IMG/VR virus record: IMGVR_UViG_3300020577_007013
DNA length: 64,000 nt
DNA from: a virus
Taxonomy: Duplodnaviria > Caudoviricetes
Reading direction: 5' to 3' (one strand)
Part shown: positions 18,606 through 28,470 of the stretch, in pieces
Layout: each line of letters begins with the position of its first letter
Position numbering within the stretch: position 1 is the stretch's first letter
Position numbers and translations under genes: made by a program
The notes under the pieces: generated by a model
Databases searched by the model: none
What the model saw: the letters and a program-made list of their open reading frames with translations, nothing else
What the model was told of the DNA's origin: nothing

Positions 18606-19669
18606 TTTGAGAGTAATTTATGTTTCAGTTCTTGTTCGATCTGAAGAATCTCAGCTTCTGCTTGACGACGTTTCTCTCTTCCTTCTTGTTGGATTCGTAA
18701 TACACCGTCGATGGTCTCGATAAGATCTGAGTTGACTTTCTTCAAGGATTCAATTTCCACTATGCCTCTTTCATTCTCTTTGGCAATTCCAAGAGAGTTC
18801 ACCTTCAGCATCTCACTGTTCTTTGTAATGAGATCATTTGTTGCATCAGTGACTTGACGTTGAAGCTGCATTGCTTTCTGACTTCTCAGCATTCCAATTG
18901 CGATCACGATCTGATTTTTCCAAAGAGGAATGGTATTCAGAACTGTGCTCTGGATTTTCTCAACCAAGACTTGATTGCCTGTCTGGATAAGACGAATTTG
19001 AGGAGCTGTTTGAAGACTCAATGTCTGACTCAATTTGAGATCATAGATCTTCTTCTCAAGTCGATTTGCAAACTCGACTGCATCTCTGTACCGTTGAGCA
19101 CTTGTGAGATCATCAGATGATTCTGACTCTTCCTTCATCTTAGGAAGGATCTCTTCATTGAGCTCTCTGAGTTGTTCATCAGCAGCTACGACATAGAGTC
19201 GTAGATCTTTCAGGTACTCGAGATTTTTCTCATAGAGCTGATTGAACATGAGATTGTCTTTTGTGAGATTCATCCTTGCGACTTCAAGCTCATCAACGAT
19301 TTTAGCAATCTGATGAGAGACCTCTTCATGTTTCGCAAGGAATTTTTGTGTTGACCTTACGAAGTTTTTGAGTATCGGAATCTTGGAGAGAAATCCGTCT
19401 CCTGATGAAAGTGAATTTACATCAAGATCTTTCACTTTGAAAAGCAAGTCAGTGAGTTTTTCTCCGACATAGCCAGTATCTTTCGATTTGATTTGCTCCA
19501 AACAAGATGTGCTGAATTCGCTTATCTTGGCTTGAGCTTTAGCTCCGAAAGAAATGATACTGTTTGTATCTCTCAAATCGAAGTGTTGTTTGATTGTTGC
19601 GACTTTGTTAGAGTCGACTTTGTCCATTATTTTCTGGACATCCTTTGTAACAGTTAATTGTGTATCCAT
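18602..19669 (-). CDS. telA: Toxic anion resistance protein TelA
   Basis: FGAKAQ, LYEKN, RLEKKIYDL, QTAPQIRLIQ, NTIPLWKNQ. Confidence 0.95.
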   Translation of the reverse strand: MDTQLTVTKDVQKIMDKVDSNKVATIKQHFDLRDTNSIISFGAKAQAKISEFSTSCLEQIKSKDTGYVGEKLTDLLFKVKDLDVNSLSSGDGFLSKIPILKNFVRSTQKFLAKHEEVSHQIAKIVDELEVARMNLTKDNLMFNQLYEKNLEYLKDLRLYVVAADEQLRELNEEILPKMKEESESSDDLTSAQRYRDAVEFANRLEKKIYDLKLSQTLSLQTAPQIRLIQTGNQVLVEKIQSTVLNTIPLWKNQIVIAIGMLRSQKAMQLQRQVTDATNDLITKNSEMLKVNSLGIAKENERGIVEIESLKKVNSDLIETIDGVLRIQQEGREKRRQAEAEILQIEQELKHKLLSK

Positions 19670-19715
19670 TTGACATAGGATATAATAGAAGAGATTCGAC
19701 TCTCTGGACTATTTT

Positions 19716-20990
19716 TTATTCAAATGCTTTTATCTTAGATGGATTATGGAAATGAGATTTCAATGTTCTTACTGAATCTGCAAACACAATCGAAGGATCT
19801 TTATCTGGAGTTTTCTTCAAAAAGAGATCGAAAGTCCTTTTTACTTCTTTGATATGAGATCCTGTGAATCTTTGTTTATAGCAAAGTTTATTGTCAATTC
19901 CGTTAATCCCTTTAAAGTAAAGAGAGATAAGAGCATCAATTTCTTTATCTGACGGAAAGTCAAAAAAGTACTTTCTGTTGAATCTCATTGGTCTGTTCTT
20001 GACCGCTTCATCAAGATGCTCTATGTAGTTCGTTGTCGCAATGAAACAGATCCTTTTATCAATGTTAGAGATTCCTGAAACAAGTTGAAGAAATGAAGCG
20101 ATCTGACTATTAGGCATGTCTCTTCTATCTTGAGCAAAAGAGTCTACGTCTTCAAAAGTCACTGAGCAATCTCCAACGATCTCTTGAATGAAAGTCTTGA
20201 GCATAGAGAAATCGATGATCTCTGTGAGAAAGATGGATGTCTTGCCCATTTTCAGAACTTCATTTACTACAGAAGTACAGGTAAGGGTCTTTCCAGTTCC
20301 TTGAGGACCGTACATGATAATGCCATTCGGTCCTGAAAACTCTTTGAGATAGAGTACAGTGTTATCATAAATATCATTCTTCAGTTCTTCGTTGAGTATG
20401 AGATTATCGAATCCTACATTGTCGGGTTTTTCCATTTTTACATTAAATCTATGGTCGATGAACATATTCTTGTTGAGATAGAAATTACTTTGCTTAGAAT
20501 AATCTTCAATCTCCTTGATCATTTCTTCCAAAGGTCTTTGAGAATTGAGAACTATATTTTTTGTTTCGAAGTCGAAGCTAATTCTCACAATTGATTCTTT
20601 GAAGTTGATGAAGATTATCCCTTTAAAAGGGATTTGGGTGTAGACTCCATAGTCTGTATTAATCGAGTAAGGAACCACTTCCTCAATAAAGAAATTGAAC
20701 TTCTTCTTTGCTATCATGTTCACAATAGCATAAGAGTAGATTTCATAAGTAAAATGATTGAGAGAGAAACTGTAAGTGTTAAGAGTCTTTTGCTCTGAAA
20801 GAATTGAATCAGATTCTGGAAGAATCTCCTCTGAAGACTCTTTATAAGCTTCGATGGCTTCTGACTTGACATTAAACGAAGTCAAGTTTTCCTTGACCAG
20901 TAATTCATCGAATCTTTTCATTTTATGATCTTCATCGGTGGCTTTCATATTGACACCCTTAGCTTTGGAGAGTTTAGGTCTTTTTAACAT
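19716..20990 (-). CDS. AAA+ ATPase
   Basis: GPQGTGKT, FEDVD, TTN, RPMRF. Confidence 0.85.
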   Translation of the reverse strand: MLKRPKLSKAKGVNMKATDEDHKMKRFDELLVKENLTSFNVKSEAIEAYKESSEEILPESDSILSEQKTLNTYSFSLNHFTYEIYSYAIVNMIAKKKFNFFIEEVVPYSINTDYGVYTQIPFKGIIFINFKESIVRISFDFETKNIVLNSQRPLEEMIKEIEDYSKQSNFYLNKNMFIDHRFNVKMEKPDNVGFDNLILNEELKNDIYDNTVLYLKEFSGPNGIIMYGPQGTGKTLTCTSVVNEVLKMGKTSIFLTEIIDFSMLKTFIQEIVGDCSVTFEDVDSFAQDRRDMPNSQIASFLQLVSGISNIDKRICFIATTNYIEHLDEAVKNRPMRFNRKYFFDFPSDKEIDALISLYFKGINGIDNKLCYKQRFTGSHIKEVKRTFDLFLKKTPDKDPSIVFADSVRTLKSHFHNPSKIKAFE

Positions 20991-21264
20991 TGAGTTTTTC
21001 CTTGATGAGAGACTTTATGAGATAATAATTCGCTGAGAAAATAAAAAGAGAATCGATCAAATCTAGATGTGTCATACTGTCACTACAAATACCAAGTATG
21101 TGAAGTAAAGATTCCATTAATCGAAGAGCAGAGCTGCCATAACTCCATTTACAATTAGAAATATAAGAGTAAGAGCCCAATGTGGAATTGCAATTTTGTG
21201 TTTGTCAGTTATGATAATCAAACCTTCGTATGTCCAAAATTTTTCTTCCATAAATATTTATAAT

Positions 21265-22248
21265 TTATCGCTTCGAAACCTCATCCATTAAAGTCACAAG
21301 TTCATAGATTTCCCTATCTGCAGATTCTGAAATTCGTTGTCTCTTAATTTCCTCAAATTCCTGTTTGGAACATGTGAAGAGAAGATTCGTTTCCAGCCCT
21401 AAAGGCATGTAAGATGCAGCAGCACCTCTCGATTGTTTTTTGGCATAAGATTTGTCTTGACCTTCATTTATAAGGTCTTCATAGACTTGTTTTTGACAAG
21501 ATGAATATTGACCAACACAATACTTCTGAATTTTCTCCATTGCGACTTGACTCACACTATCAAAAGGATGCTTAATGAAAGCGTTCTCAGTAATGTCCAC
21601 ATAACGAGTCGATTCCATACTAATAGCAGTCTGAAAACCATGTCTTGTCAACTCTTGAGCAACTCTACGAGAAGTCTTAATTTCAAATGAGTACCATTCT
21701 AATCCAAATTCTTTGATCTGCTCATCGGTCAGAACTTCTAGATCAACATGAGAGTTTGCTTTATCTACGAATATGAGAGGAGCTTTCTTTCTTGCAAGTT
21801 CATAGATGCTATAGAAAGTAGTAAGACAATCCGTCTCTGAATCTGTTCTAAGAGTGTTTCGATAAGTATTCTCTATGAGTCTAAAATTGACACCAATAAA
21901 GTTCTTCCCTTTTTCTCTTTTAGGATACCAACCAGGAAGTCCAGCAAAGCCAATGCACCAGTCTCTATAGAGCCTATCGGTTAACTCAACGTGAATAATG
22001 TTGTGACCGTAGATTGAATGATGACCTACTTCTCTGATATGAGCATGATAATCTTTAGAGCTTCTATTCTTAGAACCAGCAATTCCAGATCGGTAGCATA
22101 GTCTTCCCCCATATTCGCTCAAGGAAGAATAGTTAGAACCTACATAGCAATCGCTATCTATGACCCCATTGTCTTTAAGCTCTGAGATTTTGTCAGACCA
22201 TTCTTTTGTAAATTTCCCATTGAGTCCGATTAAAGTTGCCCCACTCAT
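21265..22248 (-). CDS. thyX: FAD-dependent thymidylate synthase (ThyX), extended form
   Basis: GRLCY, GHHSIYGH, SRRVAQELTRH, SMESTRYV, ADREI; start placed at MSG (22248), coupled to the upstream membrane ORF. Confidence 0.8.
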   Translation of the reverse strand: MSGATLIGLNGKFTKEWSDKISELKDNGVIDSDCYVGSNYSSLSEYGGRLCYRSGIAGSKNRSSKDYHAHIREVGHHSIYGHNIIHVELTDRLYRDWCIGFAGLPGWYPKREKGKNFIGVNFRLIENTYRNTLRTDSETDCLTTFYSIYELARKKAPLIFVDKANSHVDLEVLTDEQIKEFGLEWYSFEIKTSRRVAQELTRHGFQTAISMESTRYVDITENAFIKHPFDSVSQVAMEKIQKYCVGQYSSCQKQVYEDLINEGQDKSYAKKQSRGAAASYMPLGLETNLLFTCSKQEFEEIKRQRISESADREIYELVTLMDEVSKR

Positions 22249-22403
22249 TTTGCTTTTATTATGATCAGAGCTATCAGAACAATGACTACCACTGCAGGAA
22301 TGCATAGGATGAAGATGAGAGAGAACCATCCTATGGAGATAAATCCTAGAAGTTTAAGTACCAATAAGATCAGAAATAGAGCTGAGAAGAATCCTAATTG
22401 CAT
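22245..22403 (-). CDS. Small two-TM membrane protein (not in ORF track)
   Basis: MQLGFFSALFLILLVLKLLGFISIGWFSLIFILCIPAVVVIVLIALIIIKAK; ATGA overlap with thyX. Confidence 0.7.
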   Translation of the reverse strand: MQLGFFSALFLILLVLKLLGFISIGWFSLIFILCIPAVVVIVLIALIIIKAK

Positions 22404-22404
22404 A

Positions 22405-22887
22405 TTAATCCTTTGTCACTGTGACATTTTCAGATTCTGAAGTGGTGTCTGTTTTGAATTTAGAATATCCATGTAGATCTTGAATTTCTTTTGTCTCACT
22501 AAGACTTCTGTTTCTATATGAGTTGACCACTGGATTCTTAAAAGCAACATGAAGAAGTTCCTTCAGTTCATCCTTAAATTTCGAAGTAAGATTGGATTCT
22601 AAAATAATAAGCTCAAGTTTCTTTTCTCTTTCGATAAGTGCTTTCTCAAAAGTAGAGAGTCTGACCTCTTCACTCTTAATAAAGTTCTCATTATTCTTCA
22701 ATTCAGAGATTTCTAAGTAGAGTCTCTTATTCTCTTTTGTAAGAGACTCGTTATTTGCTTTAAGCGTTTCCTTCTCTTGCTTAAGAGTCTCTAAAAGTTT
22801 CAATTGCTCATGAAGCTCTTTGCTGAGATGCTCAGGAAGGTTCTTCCTAATGACTTCTGAAAGATCTTTTTCTAGTGTTGCGCTCAT
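22405..22887 (-). CDS. Coiled-coil hypothetical protein
   Basis: 160-aa ORF in operon. Confidence 0.7.
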   Translation of the reverse strand: MSATLEKDLSEVIRKNLPEHLSKELHEQLKLLETLKQEKETLKANNESLTKENKRLYLEISELKNNENFIKSEEVRLSTFEKALIEREKKLELIILESNLTSKFKDELKELLHVAFKNPVVNSYRNRSLSETKEIQDLHGYSKFKTDTTSESENVTVTKD

Positions 22888-23157
22888 TTATTCTTCCTCT
22901 GACTCGTGATCAGAAGTATTTCCGTCTACTTCTTCTTCCTTCTCGAGTTGAATGTTTCCTTTTGGCTCTGATCCGTAATTTTCTATGATATGTTCAAGAG
23001 TACTCCCATCGACATGATGGGAGTTTTCAACATCTGCATTCTTTATTGCGAGGAGTCTTCCGTTGATTTCCTCTTGATGAGTCTGACAAAAGAAGTGGCT
23101 TCCTACAGAGAAAGCTGCTTCTTTATCACAACCTTTGATTTCGCAAGTAGCATGCAT
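22888..23157 (-). CDS. Small Zn-finger-like acidic protein
   Basis: CEIKGC...FCQTH and an acidic tail. Confidence 0.6.
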   Translation of the reverse strand: MHATCEIKGCDKEAAFSVGSHFFCQTHQEEINGRLLAIKNADVENSHHVDGSTLEHIIENYGSEPKGNIQLEKEEEVDGNTSDHESEEE

Positions 23158-23158
23158 A

Positions 23159-24085
23159 TTATTTTCCTTTCTTTGCTTTTTCTGCCTTTTCTTTTTTCAG
23201 CTCGTTCTCTTCTTCTTTAAGAACTGCAGCATCATCGATTGATGCAGAAAGATCCACTGAATGAAGATCATCGACGGAATTTGTTGCCATCATTCCATAT
23301 ACAGCTGATCTAGCATTCGTCATTGCTTTGAACATACCTTTTGTTCCAGCAGAAGTCGTTTTGTAATTCACGTTCGAAGTGAATCCCAAAGAAGATCCTG
23401 TAGAGAATGCGTCGATGTTAGCACCTAAGAAAATGAATTCCCATTTGTCTTGGTTCTTTCTTTCTTCGACGAGTTCTTTAAGCTTATCACGATTGTATTC
23501 ATGGCTTGTATTTTCATGTCCATCAGTAATAATCATGAATGAGACTTTGATAGGTTTTTGATCTGCAGGAAGAGCATCAATACGAGCTTTGGTCTCTGCA
23601 ATCATTCTACCGACAGTATCAAGAAGTGCTGTTGAGCCTCTAGGTGTGAGAACCAATTCTTCAGTTTTCACATCGGCAATATTCTTAGCCGTGAAGTGAA
23701 CTTCGTGAGTATCATCGAAAGTGCAGTATGAGACTTTAATGTCTACACCTTTTTCTTTTTTCTGATCTTCAATATGTTCTCTGAGACCACCTTCCATGTC
23801 GTCTTTAATGTCGACCATAGAGCCTGATCGGTCGAGAATAATTGTCAAGTCGAAAATCTTGCTTTGGGCAGACTTAGAAGCTTTAGGAGTTTTCACTGCC
23901 TTAACAGCTTTGACAGCTTTGACAGCTTTTACTTTCTTAGTAGCTTTTGCTTTCAGCTTTGCTTTCTTAGCTTTGAGCTTCTCTTTTGCTCTAGCTTTCT
24001 TAGCTTTAATTTTTGCCAGTTTTTTAGCAGAAAGCTTCTTGGCGATTTTAGATGCTTTCTTTTTGGTTTTTTTCTTTGTAGCCAT
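23159..24085 (-). CDS. vWA domain protein with Lys/Ala-rich N-terminal tail
   Basis: ILDRSGSM, PRGSTALLD, IITDGHEN, FIFLGAN; about 75 aa K/A-rich N-terminus. Confidence 0.9.
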   Translation of the reverse strand: MATKKKTKKKASKIAKKLSAKKLAKIKAKKARAKEKLKAKKAKLKAKATKKVKAVKAVKAVKAVKTPKASKSAQSKIFDLTIILDRSGSMVDIKDDMEGGLREHIEDQKKEKGVDIKVSYCTFDDTHEVHFTAKNIADVKTEELVLTPRGSTALLDTVGRMIAETKARIDALPADQKPIKVSFMIITDGHENTSHEYNRDKLKELVEERKNQDKWEFIFLGANIDAFSTGSSLGFTSNVNYKTTSAGTKGMFKAMTNARSAVYGMMATNSVDDLHSVDLSASIDDAAVLKEEENELKKEKAEKAKKGK

Positions 24086-24131
24086 GTTCTTTTATATTAT
24101 CCTTTTCCCTTGATCTCAAATTTTGTGGTGA

Positions 24132-24878
24132 CTATCTTCTTCTAGACGAAGAGCCAAAAGAGCTGCTTCTAGAACTTGAAGAACTTCTTGAAGATGAACT
24201 TCCATAAGAGCTTCTTGACGGACTGCTATAAGATGAACTTCTAGAAGAGCCACTATTTTTCGATAGATTTATTCTAGAAGAGCTGCTTTCTCTTCTTCTC
24301 TCTTCCCTACGTTCACGTCTTTCTTGTCTCATCTCTCTAGCCTTTACAGATCTTTCTCTCTGCTCAACTCTTCTAGCTCTCCTAGACTCCCAATCACTCA
24401 TCTTTTTGCTATCATAGGTTCTGTTATTGTTATTGATCACCGTTGTCTTATTTATCGTTGTGTGACCTCTACTATAAGAAGGTGGTGCATAGTAAGATCC
24501 TCCACCCATTCCATGAGCCATTGTCATACCCAACATAGTTCCAAGAAGAAAGTCTGAATTAGAATGACTTTGTTGAGGAACATAGTTGTTGATCACCTGT
24601 GGTGGTGGGTATTGCTGAAATGTTTGGAACTGAGGCTGACCATTCTGACCTTGAGTAGGAAGAACGAAGTTTCCTGTCTCTGTATCCTTGAACATGTGTT
24701 GACCAGTATCTTTGTCTTTGAAGACTCGAATGCCGACCTTGTCTTCGCATTGGTCTTGATCGGCGTATTTGAGACACTGTTTCATCTCATCAAGCTTTGA
24801 CATAAGCTTCTCTTTTTCTCTTTCTTTTTCTGAGCTACACCCTACAATGAATAGGGCAAGCAAAAGTAATTTTCTCAT
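24132..24878 (-). CDS. Putative lipoprotein with Arg/Ser-rich disordered tail
   Basis: MRKLLLLALFIVGC lipobox; C-terminal S/R low complexity. Confidence 0.75.
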   Translation of the reverse strand: MRKLLLLALFIVGCSSEKEREKEKLMSKLDEMKQCLKYADQDQCEDKVGIRVFKDKDTGQHMFKDTETGNFVLPTQGQNGQPQFQTFQQYPPPQVINNYVPQQSHSNSDFLLGTMLGMTMAHGMGGGSYYAPPSYSRGHTTINKTTVINNNNRTYDSKKMSDWESRRARRVEQRERSVKAREMRQERRERREERRRESSSSRINLSKNSGSSRSSSYSSPSRSSYGSSSSRSSSSSRSSSFGSSSRRR

Positions 24879-25210
24879 ACTGAACTCCTTTTATCGACCA
24901 TAGTATTTCCCATAGTACAACCACAAATTCCAGATCCACCATTAAGGGGATTACAGGAACAGATGGAAGCATAAGGTACTTTTTCACTTTTAGTAAAGTC
25001 TTGAATTTGTGGAAAATCGAATTTTATTGTTGGGAGATCTGCCAGCAGAATAAAGTCTTTCTCATCGATTGTTCCTTCTTTATAAAGAGGAAGAATAATC
25101 TTGACTACATCTGACCTACTCCATTGATTTCCGAAGTAGACTGTGTTAAAGTTCTCTTCATTAATTTTGCCACTTTTAAAAAGTTTGAGTAATATTTCTT
25201 GTCTATTCAT
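24875..25210 (-). CDS. Hypothetical protein with Cys motif
   Basis: CSCNPLNGGSGICGC. Confidence 0.7.
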   Translation of the reverse strand: MNRQEILLKLFKSGKINEENFNTVYFGNQWSRSDVVKIILPLYKEGTIDEKDFILLADLPTIKFDFPQIQDFTKSEKVPYASICSCNPLNGGSGICGCTMGNTMVDKRSSV

Positions 25211-25404
25211 TCCGGTTCACACCTTACGACTTGATATCTGTAATGTCTTGTTTCTCTAACCTTTCCTATCTCACAAGTCGGTCTCTTGGTGACAATGTAC
25301 TCTCTTTGTTCTTCATCATCTATGCTCACTTCTTCCTCGACCACTACATACTGGCTACAAGTTCCATAAAATAAGAATGGAAGTAGTAAGAATAAGTATT
25401 TCAT
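25207..25404 (-). CDS. Small exported hypothetical protein
   Basis: Hydrophobic N-terminus, ATGA-coupled. Confidence 0.55.
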   Translation of the reverse strand: MKYLFLLLPFLFYGTCSQYVVVEEEVSIDDEEQREYIVTKRPTCEIGKVRETRHYRYQVVRCEPE

Positions 25405-25829
25405 TTCGGTGGCTCCTTAAGCCGTTCATTGAGAATCGTTATGATTCGATTCTCCAAAGCTCTAGTAAGATCAAGTTCCTTTTTAGCTAGGTCCAATTGA
25501 TTCTTGTAGTAATTGTCATTTTGCATGGTAAAAAGTACTCTGTCTTCCAAAGCCTTAAGCTGATTGTCATAGAGATCTTTACATTCTGTTCGAACAAAGT
25601 AAGTTCCCTCATTCATAGCAGTTCTAGATGAGAGATAATTAAAAGCTTGAGATGTGAAGACGTCAGCTTTATTTTTACAAGCTTCTGTAATAGAAATTTT
25701 CTTCTCCCTTATCTCAGTCTTACGGACCATGGAGAAAGTCGTGAATGAAGAGACAAAGATAAGTGAAGCAACCGCTATCCCTATCTTCCAATAAGCTAAA
25801 GTTAAAGTCTTTTTCAGAATTTCTTCCAT
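25401..25829 (-). CDS. Membrane-anchored hypothetical protein
   Basis: N-terminal TM, GGAG SD. Confidence 0.65.
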   Translation of the reverse strand: MEEILKKTLTLAYWKIGIAVASLIFVSSFTTFSMVRKTEIREKKISITEACKNKADVFTSQAFNYLSSRTAMNEGTYFVRTECKDLYDNQLKALEDRVLFTMQNDNYYKNQLDLAKKELDLTRALENRIITILNERLKEPPK

Positions 25830-25838
25830 GGTAGTCTC

Positions 25839-26078
25839 CTATGAGTAAGTCTTGGGATTATTTTGGATGATGACTAGACAATTCTCAGGAAGTTTAATTC
25901 TCCCTGTAAAGTTCCCACCTTCATCGTAAATGTCGATAATTCCTTCGTCGATTTCATAATTGATTTCATAAGGAGCCACTCCACCAATTTTATCATTTCC
26001 ATCTATAGAGATGAGTATATCTCCTGAAGATGTCTTGACTTCCAAAGAAGGATATTTTGTCTTCGTTAATTTCGCCAT
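25839..26078 (-). CDS. Hypothetical protein
   Basis: 79-aa ORF, GGAG SD. Confidence 0.6.
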   Translation of the reverse strand: MAKLTKTKYPSLEVKTSSGDILISIDGNDKIGGVAPYEINYEIDEGIIDIYDEGGNFTGRIKLPENCLVIIQNNPKTYS

Positions 26079-26080
26079 AC

Positions 26081-26365
26081 TTACTCCATTATTGCAATGA
26101 GCTGAGACTCTTTTGCTACGAAGTATTCCTTGGAATCGATTTTCATTCTAGGAATTCTAGGACTAAAAAGAACAATGTCCCCTTCTTTTACATTCGATTT
26201 TACTGTGACTCCGTTTGCTGTGGTCCATTCAGGATTTACAAAACAGATTTTTCCTCTGATTACATTATCATCCTTAGCTACAGTAGCTGGAATAACGATT
26301 TGTCCTACAGTTTTTTCTTCTTCCTTAACTTCTTCGATAATGATTTGGTCGTTAATTGGTCTCAC
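26081..26365 (-). CDS. groES: Co-chaperonin GroES (Cpn10)
   Basis: RPINDQIII, TVGQIVIP mobile loop, VKEGDIVLF, ESQLIAIM. Confidence 0.9.
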   Translation of the reverse strand: MRPINDQIIIEEVKEEEKTVGQIVIPATVAKDDNVIRGKICFVNPEWTTANGVTVKSNVKEGDIVLFSPRIPRMKIDSKEYFVAKESQLIAIME

Positions 26366-26671
26366 GATTTCTCCTAAATGTCAAAAAGTAATAGCTTCCC
26401 TAAATAAAATATTGCTAAAAATAATTGAATTGTGATAAGCCACCGAGGACTCGTCCTTCTGAAAATGAGAATCAGAAGAGAGTTTACAGTTACTATAAAT
26501 ATGTCTACAATTATGTTGTTCATAAGAGTTCGATGATGTAAAGAATTATGAGGCAAATTCCAGCAGTGTGTCTTTGATCTTCAGTCCATTTCAATAAGTC
26601 GAAATGACCTGTAAAGAAATATCCCACAGTGTAGACCACAACAATTGGCCAAATGATTGAATAGAGAGTAC

Positions 26672-27247
26672 TCATCTCCAGCCTATAACTTGGTTCTCGT
26701 CAGCGAACCTTCTCCAAAAAACATGATCACCTTTCTTTTTTACTTTCCAACAAGTACGGTGTTCATTCTGATCAATAAAGCCTTTCGCAATTTCAGCTGA
26801 TTGTAGTAGTACTTCCACCTCAATATCAGGCTTTGGATAAGAGACTATATTCCATTCTCCTGGAGCTAGACTGTTGTCTGAATTATTTGGAATTATCACA
26901 TAAGGAACAAATGATTTCTGATCTGGGTACTCTAAATAGTTGACAGGAACTCCGATCTTGTGAGCATATTCAATTTCAGAACGTGTTGACTCACCTATGT
27001 ATCCACCTACATTGATAACGAAGATCTCATCTGAAATGTCGATTTTACGTTTATGAAGTTCGTCCAACTTAATCTTGTCTTCGACTGTGATGCCGACTTC
27101 TTCGCCGTGAGCTTTCTTGGAAGAATGTGGAAAAAACCCTACAGACAATACAATATTTCCATTCATTGTCTCTCTGAAATTCGCTTCTTGAAATTGTTCG
27201 TAGAATCTAGTAGATCCACAGAGTGTGATAATCTTAGGAAATGCCAT
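26672..27247 (-). CDS. Nucleoside 2-deoxyribosyltransferase-like (Rossmannoid) domain protein
   Basis: ITLCGSTRF...LHKRKIDISDEIFVINVGGYIGESTRSEIEYA. Confidence 0.7.
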   Translation of the reverse strand: MAFPKIITLCGSTRFYEQFQEANFRETMNGNIVLSVGFFPHSSKKAHGEEVGITVEDKIKLDELHKRKIDISDEIFVINVGGYIGESTRSEIEYAHKIGVPVNYLEYPDQKSFVPYVIIPNNSDNSLAPGEWNIVSYPKPDIEVEVLLQSAEIAKGFIDQNEHRTCWKVKKKGDHVFWRRFADENQVIGWR

Positions 27248-27259
27248 GGTTATTTATAT

Positions 27260-27745
27260 TTAGAAGTGATGCCACCACCAGCTAAAGCGCTCATTGAAAA
27301 GCTTCTTCCAATAGGCATAAATTTCTTGCTGACCTTTGGTTCTGAGAAGTCCACCTAATCGAAGTACTTTTTCGTTCGGTCGTATTCTTTTGAATTTAGA
27401 GAAAAGTTTCGGATAAACCCATTTGAGATCTTCACCGTCTAGAGCTTCTAAGATTATGGCGCAAGCTGATGATCTTGAAATTCCAGCTCTGCAATGTATG
27501 ATGAACGTTTTGTAAAGATGCTTGTATCCAAAATCGATGAGAGCTCTAATGTCTTCTTTTACAGGAGATCCTTCTCTATCATCTTCCACATCTAAGAATT
27601 CAAGTCTTAGTTTGGGAAGATTGGATTTTGTAAAAGCTCTAGGTGGCTTTGTTCCAGGACTCCCAATCGAAATTATACATTCAGGATTGTGCTTCTTAAG
27701 AGACTTTTTGAACCATCGAGCTTTCGTAATATCCAAACATTTCAT
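27260..27745 (-). CDS. Protein tyrosine / dual-specificity phosphatase family
   Basis: CX5R motif IHCRAGISRS, F.DV general acid, RPN. Confidence 0.85.
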   Translation of the reverse strand: MKCLDITKARWFKKSLKKHNPECIISIGSPGTKPPRAFTKSNLPKLRLEFLDVEDDREGSPVKEDIRALIDFGYKHLYKTFIIHCRAGISRSSACAIILEALDGEDLKWVYPKLFSKFKRIRPNEKVLRLGGLLRTKGQQEIYAYWKKLFNERFSWWWHHF

Positions 27746-27779
27746 CTACTTAAATATATTTGAAGTTAGAAGAGAGCAT

Positions 27780-27801
27780 AAAAAAGCTCCTTGATAGGAG
27801 C
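27780..27801 (-). terminator. Intrinsic terminator of the early-type operon
   Basis: GCTCCT-atca-AGGAGC followed by a T-tract on the minus strand. Confidence 0.65.
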
Positions 27802-27822
27802 CGTAAGTGAAAGAAGAATCGA

Positions 27823-28011
27823 CTAGACCATTACGTAAAACTCAATTGTCTCTCCGTCATCTACCTTCCTATATTTGATGTCTTTGAGCTTGTATCCTTG
27901 AGACTTGAACTGTTTGATCTTATCTTCAAGAACTGTTTCTGACTCAAGTCCTTTGACATAATCGTCTCCGGACTGATTGAGTAAGACTCTTCCGATGACT
28001 TTTTCTTTCAT
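27823..28011 (-). CDS. Small hypothetical protein
   Basis: 62-aa ORF, GGAGG SD. Confidence 0.6.
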   Translation of the reverse strand: MKEKVIGRVLLNQSGDDYVKGLESETVLEDKIKQFKSQGYKLKDIKYRKVDDGETIEFYVMV

Positions 28012-28205
28012 TGAACCTCCACATATTCCATTGCGAGTACCAGGACTTCGTCGTAGCTTCCTGATTGGAAAGCTTTGGAAGTGAATTCTGCTGCTTGTTC
28101 TTTAAGTCCTTCTTTCTTTAAGGCTCTTGCTACAAGTCCTATGACTGTAAAGACATTTCCGTCTTCTCCTACGAGCTTGCATTTTGGTTTTTTCGTTGCT
28201 TCCAT
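28008..28205 (-). CDS. Conserved small phage protein
   Basis: LVGEDGNVFTVIG..ARAL...SYDE motif common in phage small proteins; AAGGAG SD. Confidence 0.75.
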   Translation of the reverse strand: MEATKKPKCKLVGEDGNVFTVIGLVARALKKEGLKEQAAEFTSKAFQSGSYDEVLVLAMEYVEVQ

Positions 28206-28218
28206 TTTACTTCTCCTT

Positions 28219-28470
28219 TTATCCTATGTATTTTCCTTCGCAGACTATAACATCTCCGACAATCGTTTGACCGGCAATGGTCGAGGCTTTTCTGTTGTAG
28301 AGCTTCTGTTTGAGTTGACCTTCTTCATCGACCACAATCAGAAGCTGTCTGTCAGCTGATGGTACAATCTCAATGTATCCTCCAACTGTTTTCTGCATAA
28401 ACTCTAAGGAGAGTTGGTCTTCTCCTTCGATGTCCTTTTCCGTCCCGTCAATCTTGATTATCTTTTTCAT
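28219..28470 (-). CDS. DUF3846-like protein
   Basis: LEFMQKTVGGYIEIV..IVVDEEG..L.YN..AS...IVGDV. Confidence 0.8.
   Translation of the reverse strand: MKKIIKIDGTEKDIEGEDQLSLEFMQKTVGGYIEIVPSADRQLLIVVDEEGQLKQKLYNRKASTIAGQTIVGDVIVCEGKYIG

Noticed and set aside
22249-22329. His/Cys/Ser-rich N-terminal extension of ThyX as a metal-binding tag
   Set aside because: It is an alternate frame of the upstream membrane-protein gene; the real start is likely 22248
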